A model generated the notes under the pieces. It worked only from the letters and a program-made list of their open reading frames with translations, was not told the DNA's origin and ran no database searches. Source: a virus (lineage: Duplodnaviria > Heunggongvirae > Uroviricota > Caudoviricetes). From it: 64,000 nucleotides of DNA. Made by a program: the position numbers and the translations under genes. The first letter of the stretch is position 1, and each line of letters begins with the position of its first letter. The stretch is taken from the IMG/VR virus record IMGVR_UViG_3300029739_000183; one strand, 5' to 3'. Positions 49,701-58,706 of the stretch are shown here, piece after piece.

Positions 49701-50621
49701 AATATTCTTCCGGTTGATATTAATCATTCCTGGTTTGATTTTTCGGTTGAAGATGGAGCGATCCGATTCGGATATAAAGGGATTAAGGGAATAGGAGACC
49801 AAAATCTGTTGAAAGATAGCACGAAAGGATATCAGTCTTTTAAAGATTTTATATTTCAAGATATGATAAAGGAAACAGATGGACGGATAACCCAAATGAA
49901 AAGTTCTATAATGGAAAATCTTATCAATGCAGGTGCATTCGATAAGCTTTATAAGAACAGGGAACGTCTTTTAGAACATTATGCTATCCTTTCCGATATG
50001 ATAAAAAATGCAGTTTCTTTGTCATCACTGACCTGCGCTATAAAAAATTATGAAATGCCGGATATCCTTCCTGCGGATAAACAATACAATATGCAGGAAG
50101 AAAGTAAGCTGCTCAACTCTATCGTAAGCATCCGTCCACTAGATGGGTATATGGATGAAAAGGCTTATGGGTGTATCCCTTTTTCTGAATTGGCAGAAGG
50201 GAATGTGAAAGTAATGGGATTTATTGTAGAACAGAAAAAAAAATACAGCAAAAAGGGTAATCTTATGCAGGTGTATTCAATCGAAGGTTTTTCAGGCAAA
50301 CTATCGGCTGTCCAAATGGGGGACGCACTTAGTTATGTAGGGAAAGTCGTGATAATAGCTGGATCATACCAAAAGGATACATTGTTTGTGCGCTCGATAA
50401 GTTGTTTATCAAAAGGGTTGACAACAGGAACCTATATCATAAAAACGCTAGAGGATAATTATAGGATAAAAGAAATATATAAAAATGATACTGGCGATAA
50501 AAATCATCTTTTGCACATCATAAATTATGCAACAAAAGATGGAGGTCTAGCAGAGATACCATCTACAGGAAATTTACGCGTAAGCGAACAAACATTCAAA
50601 AAAATAAAAGGGTGGGAATAA
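46785..50621 (+). CDS. dnaE: DNA polymerase III alpha subunit, DnaE-type (PHP + pol core), with K-rich insertion
   Basis: N-terminal PHP domain (HCHTMYSLFDS..TDHG), core palm motifs (GVGPGRGSASGSLVCY, MPDIDTD), fingers and an OB region. RBS GAAGGAGAGG upstream. A terminator hairpin overlaps the stop codon. Confidence 0.85.
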   Translation: MVKNGFLHCHTMYSLFDSAITPNDLVKRAKELGAKNITLTDHGTLLGIEPFMDAGKEYGINTIPGVELYLANREHFILFAKNYTGYQAISKTMRNANYETSKRNKKGEEGSQKSYACVPDDVLSQLKGNKDIIATTACMQGPIAKILLYNFRILRKIKKLKISKEKIEKAYLNYKKATEDIEIFLEKKKELKKEETNHKKNTSSQQLKTIQKLKKEIESGQVSLFYEQQIRTYTDKKNFYDYCLKRLKDIKKETDAINVKIKALRKIKKNLKTKHDRYVELASRIKEMEQHLIKEEELYQKAKELTMHYAEIFPCFYVELQYHGIEEEAYIMPQLASIAKELGIPVIAGNDAHMVDSTEDSLLARQTMRFNYFERHQKLGEADKELYLKTDEELINTLEKILSPETVRQAMANLSVLSECHVTMQTKEHYPKVKDGPSFSELLEEARVEKIKQGKWNEIYEARLRHEMKVIKEMGYVDYHLVVRDFCNAARQLGTIPKNEIPYCPDDFNEAVQWVKEKGFKTGVGVGPGRGSASGSLVCYLLGITNIDPVRYNLLFERFLNPERVSMPDIDTDVKTSLRPLIIRYLKWRYGTRAVCSIATENTYKAKGALKAAGRDRASELCIHLPKKEYSAAVSDYMNKYVYPITDAMDDNETLNDRNVVDGTEEAVIWRRAKLIENKLFATGLHAGGVVISDNDDINEYIPLAWNTENQVWAAQCDMVKLEKRGMLKMDLLGLSTLDIISDCLQLIEKRTGKVINPDNIPFEPVVFREIYAKGRTNSVFQFESPGMKKMLKDFQPESIEDVILLVAAYRPGPMQFIPDIIEVKKGRKKASYVVPELKDILDSTYGYPVYQEQLMSIFHVCAGFSLGKADIVRRYMSKKKVEKFLEFKPEFVTGLMNTGATEEGAIELWDSLTDFAKYAFNRSHAASYALVSYQTAWLKYHYPAEFCCAMFNNKEQKKFTPIIDDCKEFHVNILPVDINHSWFDFSVEDGAIRFGYKGIKGIGDQNLLKDSTKGYQSFKDFIFQDMIKETDGRITQMKSSIMENLINAGAFDKLYKNRERLLEHYAILSDMIKNAVSLSSLTCAIKNYEMPDILPADKQYNMQEESKLLNSIVSIRPLDGYMDEKAYGCIPFSELAEGNVKVMGFIVEQKKKYSKKGNLMQVYSIEGFSGKLSAVQMGDALSYVGKVVIIAGSYQKDTLFVRSISCLSKGLTTGTYIIKTLEDNYRIKEIYKNDTGDKNHLLHIINYATKDGGLAEIPSTGNLRVSEQTFKKIKGWE

Positions 50622-50635
50622 TCCCACCTTTTTTA
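50606..50635. terminator. bidirectional terminator hairpin
   Basis: AAAAGGGTGGGAATAATCCCACCTTTTTT hairpin. Confidence 0.55.
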
Positions 50636-50641
50636 GTTCCC

Positions 50642-51301
50642 TCATTTCTTGGAAAAAGAATCGGATTCTTTTTCCATAAAACTATAATAACAATAATATA
50701 ATTGGCTGTGTTCATTATCTTTGCTTATCTCGTAAAGAGCATCCAATATATTGATGCCCAGTTGCTCAGCAGGCACTTTTAAACGATATAAAGCTAAAAA
50801 ATTTTTCCCTTCAATAGTTGTAAAAAATCGGTAGGCTTCTTCTATGGTATAAAAAACTTTATAATGCTCAATCAGATAGCGGAAACAATGACAGAATCGC
50901 TGAAATCCAGATGTTCCACTAAAATATTCCCTTGGAAACTGTTCTTCATCTTCCAGCACAGACCGATAGATGCGCTCCGCCAAAATCCTTTGGCTTAGGT
51001 GCATTTTCGCCGGATAGAGCAGAGAAAGAATATATTCTATGGATCCTTTTTTTACCTCTGTCGGATAATCAATATATAAAATAATCCGCTCTAATTTTAA
51101 TTGTCTGATCATGTATTCATCGAAACGTTTTACTGTAGTATCTACAGTCCAGTTCAATAATTTTTCAATCGCATATCTGATCAATTGAATGGCTACCTTT
51201 TCGTTTGCCCCTCCTGGCTCAGAACCATAAAAATAATAGCTGCTTAGAGCAGGAGTACGCCCAATAAGATAGTCTTCATAAGCAATGTATAAACTATTCA
51301 T
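50642..51301 (-). CDS. hypothetical protein (219 aa), divergent from helicase gene
   Basis: AAAGGAAGG RBS lies 8 nt before the ATG. The last ~8 codons are formed by palindrome copy 7 (50654-50674). Confidence 0.45.
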   Translation of the reverse strand: MNSLYIAYEDYLIGRTPALSSYYFYGSEPGGANEKVAIQLIRYAIEKLLNWTVDTTVKRFDEYMIRQLKLERIILYIDYPTEVKKGSIEYILSLLYPAKMHLSQRILAERIYRSVLEDEEQFPREYFSGTSGFQRFCHCFRYLIEHYKVFYTIEEAYRFFTTIEGKNFLALYRLKVPAEQLGINILDALYEISKDNEHSQLYYCYYSFMEKESDSFSKK

Positions 51302-51408
51302 TTTAAAAACCTTCCTTTTTTATATTTTTTATACATTAAATATGTGTGATTTTTTAAAAAATTTCATTTTTTTTACCATATTAATTCTGAAACAAAAGGA
51401 GGATTGTA

Positions 51409-53481
51409 ATGCTTGGTATTTATAAAAAAAAGATATCAGATAACGAATTTCTTTTTCTGCCAAAAGAACCATGTCCTTATGTAGATAGACAGGGGCTAAT
51501 ACGGTGCAGGTCTAGTGATTTTTACCCAGATATGACACCGGTGGTAATAGAAGGGTATATGAAAGAAAAGTTCTATTATGTAGAAAAAATATCTTATCCA
51601 TCCTCAGATAGAAGAGAAGCCTCTTTTTTCTTAAACTGTCTGGAAAAAAAACTGCCAGATAAAACTAAAGAAAATATGCTCCTTGTAATGGGAAACGATG
51701 TGATACGTTTTGCAGAAAGAAAAGATGCAGAGAAAATATTATCTGAAAAACTGCCCAAGATATCAGCTACTGTTATCTCCGAACTGCTTATGAAGGTAAG
51801 GAGAATATCAGGACAAAAAAAACTGTTAGACCTTTTAAAAACAAAGGGGATAGAAGAAGAAGTAATCGAAAAGATTGTAAATTCTAATCTTTCTTATGAA
51901 CAACTTCGTATAAATCCTTTCCGGACATGGTATGGGATTGATCCTTTTTCAGCTGAAAAGATTGCAGAGAAGGTAAGACCTTACACGAAAGCTAGATTAC
52001 AAGGCTTTATCACTTACGCAATTGATAGTTTTATAAGTACAGGAGATACCTGTGTTACCTTTAAGGGTCTTTACAAACGGCTTTCGTATCTTTTAAAAAG
52101 ATCGGCGTTTCCGGAAGAGGTTATCCCTGTATCGGTCATATACAGTGTGATAAAAGACATGAGCCGCTATCTTACAATCGATACTATAAACGGAGAAGCT
52201 TACATTTACAAAACGAAGATATTACAGCAGGAACAAAAAGTAGCTCAACATGTTGTTCGGTTATGTGAAAATAAAACAACGGTTGTTCATGATATTGATA
52301 TAGAAAAGATTGAAGAAATAAACGGGTTTTTATACAACGAAGGACAGAAAGCTGTATTCCCAGCAATAAAGACCAGCGGCATCAAGATCATCACAGGACC
52401 CCCTGGCAGTGGAAAGACAGCTATCATCAAAGGACTTCTTTTAGCTTATAAAGCAGAAAATCATAATAGTGTCATTGAATTATCCGCTACTACGGGTGCA
52501 GCGGCTCAAGTAATAAAAAAAGCATGTGGGGAAAATGGACAAACCGTACACAAATTATTAAATCTACGCCCATGCGGTGATACTGTACTTTGCAAAAGTG
52601 AAGGAGATCCGATAAATGCCGGCTTGATTATTGTAGATGAAGTATCTATGTTAGACCTGGAAACGGCATCGTATCTTTTTGCTGCGGTAAAAAATGGAAC
52701 GATACTGATATTATGCGGAGATGATAATCAGTTAGAAAGTGTAGGATATGGGAAAGTGTTAGCAGATCTTATTGACTGTGGTAAAGTAGAAGTCTACAGA
52801 TTGTATCAAATTATGAGACAATCTGGTACCATATGTGAGAATGCATCAGCGATTTTAAAAGGGATAACAAACATAAAAACCGATAAGACTTTTTCCTTAA
52901 GTCATTACTCTTCTGATAAGGAGGCTGTGGAAGCAATGATGCAAAATCTGATATACAGGCAGTCTTTTGTTTTAAGCCCTATTAAAAATAAAGATGTATC
53001 CGGCGTGTACGCCCTAAATAAAAAGATACAAGGGTCTGTTTCTGATCTCAGCTACTGTTTTTCTCATAATAAAGAAAGATATCACATAGGCGACAGGATT
53101 ATTATGACACAGACTAATTATGAGCAGGGGTATTTTAATGGGGATATTGGAACAATATCTTCTTATTGTGATGGAATTGCTACAGTCATTTTTTTTGATA
53201 AGATCTTAACTTTATCTCGTGATGATTTTTCCAATATGCAATTAGCTTACAGTATCACTGTCCATAAATCGCAAGGTTCAGAAATAGAAGATGTGCATAT
53301 CGTGCTACCGGATTCTTGTAAAAATATGCTCACAAGAAGGATAGTATATACTGCAATAACAAGAGCTAAGTCTCATGTTTATATTTATTCTGTTGGGAAT
53401 GCATTTGAGTATGCTGTAAAAAACAAAGCAGAACATCAAAGACAATCAAATCTTGTATACCGTATCACTGGAAACAGGTAA
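51409..53481 (+). CDS. RecD-like SF1 DNA helicase (RecD2/TraA/Dda family) with ~300 aa N-terminal extension
   Basis: Walker A (ITGPPGSGKTA), motif II (IIVDEVSML), CGDDNQLESVG and motif VI (LAYSITVHKSQGSE) are present. RBS AAAAGGAGGAT upstream. Confidence 0.75.
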   Translation: MLGIYKKKISDNEFLFLPKEPCPYVDRQGLIRCRSSDFYPDMTPVVIEGYMKEKFYYVEKISYPSSDRREASFFLNCLEKKLPDKTKENMLLVMGNDVIRFAERKDAEKILSEKLPKISATVISELLMKVRRISGQKKLLDLLKTKGIEEEVIEKIVNSNLSYEQLRINPFRTWYGIDPFSAEKIAEKVRPYTKARLQGFITYAIDSFISTGDTCVTFKGLYKRLSYLLKRSAFPEEVIPVSVIYSVIKDMSRYLTIDTINGEAYIYKTKILQQEQKVAQHVVRLCENKTTVVHDIDIEKIEEINGFLYNEGQKAVFPAIKTSGIKIITGPPGSGKTAIIKGLLLAYKAENHNSVIELSATTGAAAQVIKKACGENGQTVHKLLNLRPCGDTVLCKSEGDPINAGLIIVDEVSMLDLETASYLFAAVKNGTILILCGDDNQLESVGYGKVLADLIDCGKVEVYRLYQIMRQSGTICENASAILKGITNIKTDKTFSLSHYSSDKEAVEAMMQNLIYRQSFVLSPIKNKDVSGVYALNKKIQGSVSDLSYCFSHNKERYHIGDRIIMTQTNYEQGYFNGDIGTISSYCDGIATVIFFDKILTLSRDDFSNMQLAYSITVHKSQGSEIEDVHIVLPDSCKNMLTRRIVYTAITRAKSHVYIYSVGNAFEYAVKNKAEHQRQSNLVYRITGNR

Positions 53482-53513
53482 ATTTGTAATAACCAATCAT
53501 AAGGAGGAAACAA

Positions 53514-54602
53514 ATGAGTGAATTAGAAAGAACAGCAATGAACCGTACAGAAGAAGCAATGGAACCGTTATTTACCAAAACAGAGATCAAGGGCGTAGAC
53601 ATCAATCTGTTATATGAAACACCTTTGCAGTCTTTTGAAATGGATGAGATTCCAGAGTTAAAGCAATCAATCCGCCTATACGGTCTTTTAACTCCACTTA
53701 CCGTTTGTATGGATGATGGTGGAAAATGCGAAGTTTTATCGGGAAACCGCAGATATCGTGCAATAAAAGAATTACGGCAGGAAAAAGTGATCAAAGGATA
53801 CGATGAAATCCCATGTATGGTTCTTAGTGGACTAAGCGAGGCAAAAAAAGGATTGATTGTAGAAACAACGAACATTGATGTTCGCAAAGGGTATGATGAG
53901 ACACCACATCGTTTTAAGATCATTGAATATTTAAAGCAGCTTGTAACAAACGGGGAAGAAAAAGATGCAAACATTGTTAAGATCGCCGCAAGATACTTTA
54001 AAGTTTCAGAACGCTATGCGGCCATGTATAAAGCAATATTTGATAGTGATAATAAAGCAATCAGAGAAGTAACGGAAAAAGGACAGATGTCTATCAGTGA
54101 TGCTGCACGTATGACAAAGCTGCCTCAGCAGACACAGGAAAAGATCATCGAAGCTGTACATAAAGCAGATAACAAAAAGATAGCAAAAGCAATCGTAAAA
54201 GAGTGTGTGGAGGCTGAAAAAAAGGAAAGTAATCGGGAAAAAGAAGGTACTGCCGATTTTAAAAAAGAAGGAACGCACCAAAAACAAACAAAAAGTGAAG
54301 CCAGAAATAACATCGCACAAATGAGCAAAGAAAATGTAGACAAAATGATGGAAAATGGCTATTTCGGTTTTGGTGCAGATAGTAGTTTGAATGAAGAAAT
54401 GGACAATGCTCTTGACAATATCGCTTCTCATCATGAAGAAATTTTAAATAACGAAATGGATACTGATTTTGACTACGATGAATTTTCTGAATTTATTGAG
54501 ATTTTATTGTCTTTGAGTCCAGAAAACATTGAATCTGATTCTAAAATTGCAGATGCAATCTCTTTATGCCAGCAGGTAGTTGATAGATTTGCAGATATGT
54601 AG
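53514..54602 (+). CDS. ParB/Srx-fold nuclease-domain protein with acidic C-terminal region
   Basis: ParB N-terminal domain signature LSGNRRYRA (the GxRRxxA box). RBS TAAGGAGGAAAC upstream. Confidence 0.6.
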   Translation: MSELERTAMNRTEEAMEPLFTKTEIKGVDINLLYETPLQSFEMDEIPELKQSIRLYGLLTPLTVCMDDGGKCEVLSGNRRYRAIKELRQEKVIKGYDEIPCMVLSGLSEAKKGLIVETTNIDVRKGYDETPHRFKIIEYLKQLVTNGEEKDANIVKIAARYFKVSERYAAMYKAIFDSDNKAIREVTEKGQMSISDAARMTKLPQQTQEKIIEAVHKADNKKIAKAIVKECVEAEKKESNREKEGTADFKKEGTHQKQTKSEARNNIAQMSKENVDKMMENGYFGFGADSSLNEEMDNALDNIASHHEEILNNEMDTDFDYDEFSEFIEILLSLSPENIESDSKIADAISLCQQVVDRFADM

Positions 54603-54779
54603 TAATATTACCAAAAAAAATCAATTACAGTGACGAGAGCAAAAAATACATTATATATGATGGTTCCTAAGATTGTATTAAAATATGGAAAGGCAATTCC
54701 AGGAGACTTGTCTCGTTATATTGAGGGTAGAGATGATCTGTATGACGCTTATGACATTAAATGAACAGGAGATATATGT

Positions 54780-55220
54780 ATGATGAGAAATAAGCAGCGA
54801 TTGTTGATCATGTTCCTTTTAATAGTCACGTTGTTCCTGTATATAGTCAATAACAGCCATGGTTTGCTGTATAACCATGTGATAGTCTTGGAAGATGAGA
54901 TTAGTTTTGTAGCTGCATTAGTTGTATTAATATTAAGTATACCAATGGCTATCGATACTTTCGCAAAACAGAATAAAATTGTAAAGAGTATTTCATTTTT
55001 TTTAAAAGCTTTGGCATTACTAATAATTGTCATGACTCCAAATCTGAGAGAATTTGTTTTCCTAGAGAAATTAATGAGTGTATTGGATACTAATATTTTA
55101 TTGATATTAATTTTGTTCTTTGCTTATGCCGGACAGTGGGCTGCCGAAATAAAAAGGAAGGATATCAAGAACAGAAAGGAGAACAAAGAAAAAGGCAATT
55201 CTAATGAGGAATTGCCTTAG
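54780..55220 (+). CDS. small integral membrane protein (4 TM)
   Basis: Hydrophobic ORF. RBS AGGAG lies 8 nt before the ATG. Confidence 0.4.
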   Translation: MMRNKQRLLIMFLLIVTLFLYIVNNSHGLLYNHVIVLEDEISFVAALVVLILSIPMAIDTFAKQNKIVKSISFFLKALALLIIVMTPNLREFVFLEKLMSVLDTNILLILILFFAYAGQWAAEIKRKDIKNRKENKEKGNSNEELP

Positions 55221-55464
55221 ACGAAATTAAGATAAAAAGATAATTTCAAGGAAGGAAGAATCCAAATACGAAAGCAGTCCGTAATAAGAAAAATACAACA
55301 CAGATGAATGGATTTAAATTATGGGATAGTGTACTTGCTAATGGAAAGAAGCTGTTCATCTGTAGCTTTACTGGAACAAGTGCCTACTTAATTGATAAAA
55401 ATGGCTGTTATATATCCACAGCCCGGAAAAGCATATAAACAATGGCCATTATCAAAACTGAAGC

Positions 55465-55540
55465 GGTTACATCCCAATGGTAACTGGCTAATGGCATAAA
55501 TGGCGATTCATCTCTCCGCCTGCAGAGGCGGGAGACTTCT
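55465..55540 (+). other. candidate oriT-like region: two adjacent GC-containing inverted repeats in an AT-rich intergenic region upstream of the transfer genes
   Basis: Inverted repeats GGTTACATCCCAATGGTAACT and TCTCCGCCTGCAGAGGCGGGAGA, followed by a TTGACA -35-like hexamer at 55622. It lies immediately 5' of the PcfB-like/T4CP genes. Confidence 0.2.
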
Positions 55541-55701
55541 CGCTAGTTGAGTTAAAAATTATTCTCCCAAAATAATATTCTTGTTCTGAAATATTGTATT
55601 TAAAAAAATTTAGACTCGTGTTTGACATGGGTCTTTTTTTGTTCTTTGACCGAAATATACATATTTATATCTGAGAAAAAATAATCCAAGGGGGAACGAT
55701 T

Positions 55702-57147
55702 ATGGCAAATGAAGAATCCACCCTGCAATTTATGATGCAGGCTTTAGACCAATATAGTTCTATGGCAAAAAATATGACAGAAACAGCAAGAAATACATTA
55801 GGTTCTTTTTTAGATGCTTTCCATGATAATACTGGAGCCAGAGCATTAAAAAAATATCTTAATGCAAATGAAAAAAACAGTGTTGCTGTTTATTTTTCTA
55901 AAAAAGAACATCAAAATAAATTAGAAAAAACACTAAAAGAAAATGGTGTTTGTTTTGTATCGTGTAAGCGAGCAGACATGAATGGAAACGCAATGTTTCT
56001 TGTCGCTGATAAAGATGTGCCGGCAGTTGATATCTTGTTTAACAAGACTAGAGCAGAGATAAATAAAGGCGGTGTAGTTTCAAAAGATGTGTTATGGGAC
56101 CAGGCAGATGGAGATGTTTTGAAACTCACTGATGTTAATGCAGAAGAATTGTTGTTATTTGATCAAAAAGCAAAAAAATCCGGAGTAAACATAGCAATCC
56201 AAAATAAGTATGATGTCTTGTTTGATAAAAAAGATGCTGTAAAAATGCAGCATATTGCTGCATCTGTTACGTATGACACCTGTGGCAAGGCAGGAAAACT
56301 ACTTATGCAACAGGCAGAATATGAAAATAAAAACGCTTGCCGTATTGGGGACAGAGTATTGCAGCAGGAAAAACACCCTTTTTATATCGTAGACAGGGAT
56401 GGGGGCATTGGTATGTGTACAGATAAATCTTTTGAGTATATCAAACAAGATAAAAGAGTGCTGTTTAAAAAAGCTCCGATGGTTTCCCAAAAAGGACAGG
56501 ATATTTTCACTAAAGATGCTGAAAAAGAATACCGAAGATTGAATCAGTTTGTTATGACATTGAATCATCCAATTGATCTTACAGAATCCGAATATAGAAA
56601 ATATAAAAGTCTTGATGAATTTCGGAAAGCTGCTTTTTTAAAAGAAATAGATAAAAAGCATGGTGCAATCGATTTAACACAGGGCGAACAGCGGCTATTG
56701 CAGGCGCATGAGCAAAGCCGGGATATTATGGAGGAAAAAATCTATCGGCAGACATCAAATGAATACGAAGAAGAACAAAAAGAACCTCGTGCAGGTTTGT
56801 TTGCGGCAGAAGAAAGATTGCTTGATGCAGAACGATTAAAAGAAACAAAGATAGAACAAATCGATGAAGATTTATTAGAGGATGCAGTAAAAAAGAATAA
56901 TAAATACATTTTCGTAAAAGAGTTGATGAATCCAAAGAAAGAAAAATATTTTCATGAAGCAATGGATGGAAAGATCCATTCCCGAACTTATGAAGAGATC
57001 AGGACGGTTGTGGAAGACTGGGGAGAGAAAGAACAGGAATATGATATATCCTGGGATGAAGACTCACGTGAAAATGATAATCTGGAATATTTTGATGCTT
57101 GCGATAAAGACGATAACGGAATACCAGACCATGAAGAAGACAGATAG
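55702..57147 (+). CDS. hypothetical protein; N-terminal ~130 aa PcfB/DUF3801-like, long acidic C-terminal extension
   Basis: Its position directly upstream of the coupling-protein genes and its N-terminal VAVYFSKKEH..GVCFVSCKR..FLVADKDVPAVDILF pattern resemble PcfB-family proteins of Gram-positive conjugation loci. RBS AAGGGGGAAC upstream. Weak assignment. Confidence 0.3.
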   Translation: MANEESTLQFMMQALDQYSSMAKNMTETARNTLGSFLDAFHDNTGARALKKYLNANEKNSVAVYFSKKEHQNKLEKTLKENGVCFVSCKRADMNGNAMFLVADKDVPAVDILFNKTRAEINKGGVVSKDVLWDQADGDVLKLTDVNAEELLLFDQKAKKSGVNIAIQNKYDVLFDKKDAVKMQHIAASVTYDTCGKAGKLLMQQAEYENKNACRIGDRVLQQEKHPFYIVDRDGGIGMCTDKSFEYIKQDKRVLFKKAPMVSQKGQDIFTKDAEKEYRRLNQFVMTLNHPIDLTESEYRKYKSLDEFRKAAFLKEIDKKHGAIDLTQGEQRLLQAHEQSRDIMEEKIYRQTSNEYEEEQKEPRAGLFAAEERLLDAERLKETKIEQIDEDLLEDAVKKNNKYIFVKELMNPKKEKYFHEAMDGKIHSRTYEEIRTVVEDWGEKEQEYDISWDEDSRENDNLEYFDACDKDDNGIPDHEEDR

Positions 57148-57167
57148 AAAAGGAGTTTTGATATATA

Positions 57168-58706
57168 ATGCGTTTAAAAGAAAGAGAAATGGCGGAAACC
57201 GTCAATAGAAAAGAAACTAGAAATACACTGATTGTAAGTCTTAACGAAAGAAAAGATTATCAAGATATAGTACAGAAAAACCTATCTTTTACTCAGGGCA
57301 GTCTGATCATTGACGATAAGGATTTTATCTTATGTGGACAAATAGAAGATTCTTTAAAGAAAAGAGGATATCATATTAAAAAATTAGATCTTTGTCATCC
57401 AGAAAGGTCATGTCTATACAACCCACTTGCTTATATAAAAAGTGAAAAAGATGCATTGATGGTTGCAGAGTTTATCTTAGATGCATCAGGAAATAAACAA
57501 ATAGAAGGTACAGCAGAGTTTGAAAAGGCGAAAAAATTACTTCTTCTTACCTGTATTTATTATGTAATGGAAAATGAAAAAGAACAGACATTAGCAAAAG
57601 TAAAGGAAATAGTACAGAATTTCCTAGACCCAGACAAAATGTGCGAAAGTCCTGCATTTTTAGAAGGAGCTACCGCAGCATATTATAAACATTTTCTTGC
57701 GATTGATACAGATATAAGATATGGCGCTATTATTTCTGTATACTTCCATATGCTTTCCTTCCTGTCTGTAAATACAAAAGCTGTTACAGATACTTCTATT
57801 CATTCTATATCCTGCATGAAAAATGGAAAGGATGTATCTTTATTTATTGATAGACTTACCCAAAATACAATGGAAGAATATAAGATAGATGATTGCTTTT
57901 TTTCAATATGGGTAAAAACCTTGTATGCTGCCTGTGTTTTTTATTTGATGGAACACGAAGAAAAAGGAAGTTGGAAGGATATTCCAGCTATAGTAGATAT
58001 GCTTAATATGGGGCTGACAGAGGAAAAAGACGGAAAAACAAAACTCGATATTCTATTTGAACAGGTTGAACAGGCTTCTTTTTCCGTAGGATATTATGAA
58101 TCTTTTAAAAAAGCAACAGGATGCACATTAAGAACAATCCTTACTTTATGCCAGGCTCACCTGCAATCCTTTATAGATCGACAAAAAGAAGAGATTCTTT
58201 TAGATTCTTTCATGGATGAAAAAACCGTTTTATTTATTAATAGAGGACATAGGGAAACACAAGCTGTCGATTTATCAGCGCTTTTATATGCCCAGTTGTG
58301 CGCTATTGCAGAAAACAGGGCAGAAAATGACATTTCTTCCGCTTATTCGGTATCTATATTTATAGATGATCTTGCAACACATGAAACTATCCCACATTTT
58401 GCATACTGGACTGGGTGTGGGGAAGCATATGGGATCATATTTACTGTCGTTTTGCAGAGTCTTGGACAGTTAAATTGTTTTTACGAAGGGTCTTGTCTTT
58501 CTATTTTAGAAAATACAAACCGAATCGTATTCTTTAATAATGATGTTTTACTTTATTTGGACAGACAATTAAAAGAATATATGGAGAACCGGTTTGGAAA
58601 AGAGTTTTTTTTAGCCCTCAATGATATGGACAAAGAAAATATCATGGAGTGTCAGAAAGGAACACATCCAATAATCCTGTCCGGAAAGGAGCAGTTATGG
58701 CAGTAA
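57168..58706 (+). CDS. type IV coupling protein paralog lacking Walker A and TM anchor (pseudo-ATPase domain)
   Basis: Clear collinear similarity to the downstream T4CP (..DILFEQVEQASFSVGYYESFKKATGCTLRTILTLCQAHLQSF.. vs ..DLMFEQIDQTSLAAKYYKAFKQAAGKTLKSIIISCVVRLQSF..). It has NTLIVSLNERKD where the downstream protein has NNFLVLGGAGTGKSRF. A Walker-B-like FIDDLAT is retained. There are no N-terminal TM helices. RBS AAAAGGAG upstream. Its stop lies 7 nt into the next gene. Confidence 0.55.
   Translation: MRLKEREMAETVNRKETRNTLIVSLNERKDYQDIVQKNLSFTQGSLIIDDKDFILCGQIEDSLKKRGYHIKKLDLCHPERSCLYNPLAYIKSEKDALMVAEFILDASGNKQIEGTAEFEKAKKLLLLTCIYYVMENEKEQTLAKVKEIVQNFLDPDKMCESPAFLEGATAAYYKHFLAIDTDIRYGAIISVYFHMLSFLSVNTKAVTDTSIHSISCMKNGKDVSLFIDRLTQNTMEEYKIDDCFFSIWVKTLYAACVFYLMEHEEKGSWKDIPAIVDMLNMGLTEEKDGKTKLDILFEQVEQASFSVGYYESFKKATGCTLRTILTLCQAHLQSFIDRQKEEILLDSFMDEKTVLFINRGHRETQAVDLSALLYAQLCAIAENRAENDISSAYSVSIFIDDLATHETIPHFAYWTGCGEAYGIIFTVVLQSLGQLNCFYEGSCLSILENTNRIVFFNNDVLLYLDRQLKEYMENRFGKEFFLALNDMDKENIMECQKGTHPIILSGKEQLWQ

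Noticed and set aside
54006-54434. 142-aa minus-strand ORF
   Set aside because: It lies inside the ParB-like gene on the opposite strand with no RBS; spurious.
55304-55438. 44-aa ORF (MNGFKLWDSVLANGKK...) in the oriT-like gap
   Set aside because: No RBS, and it sits in a region better explained as regulatory. Not called.
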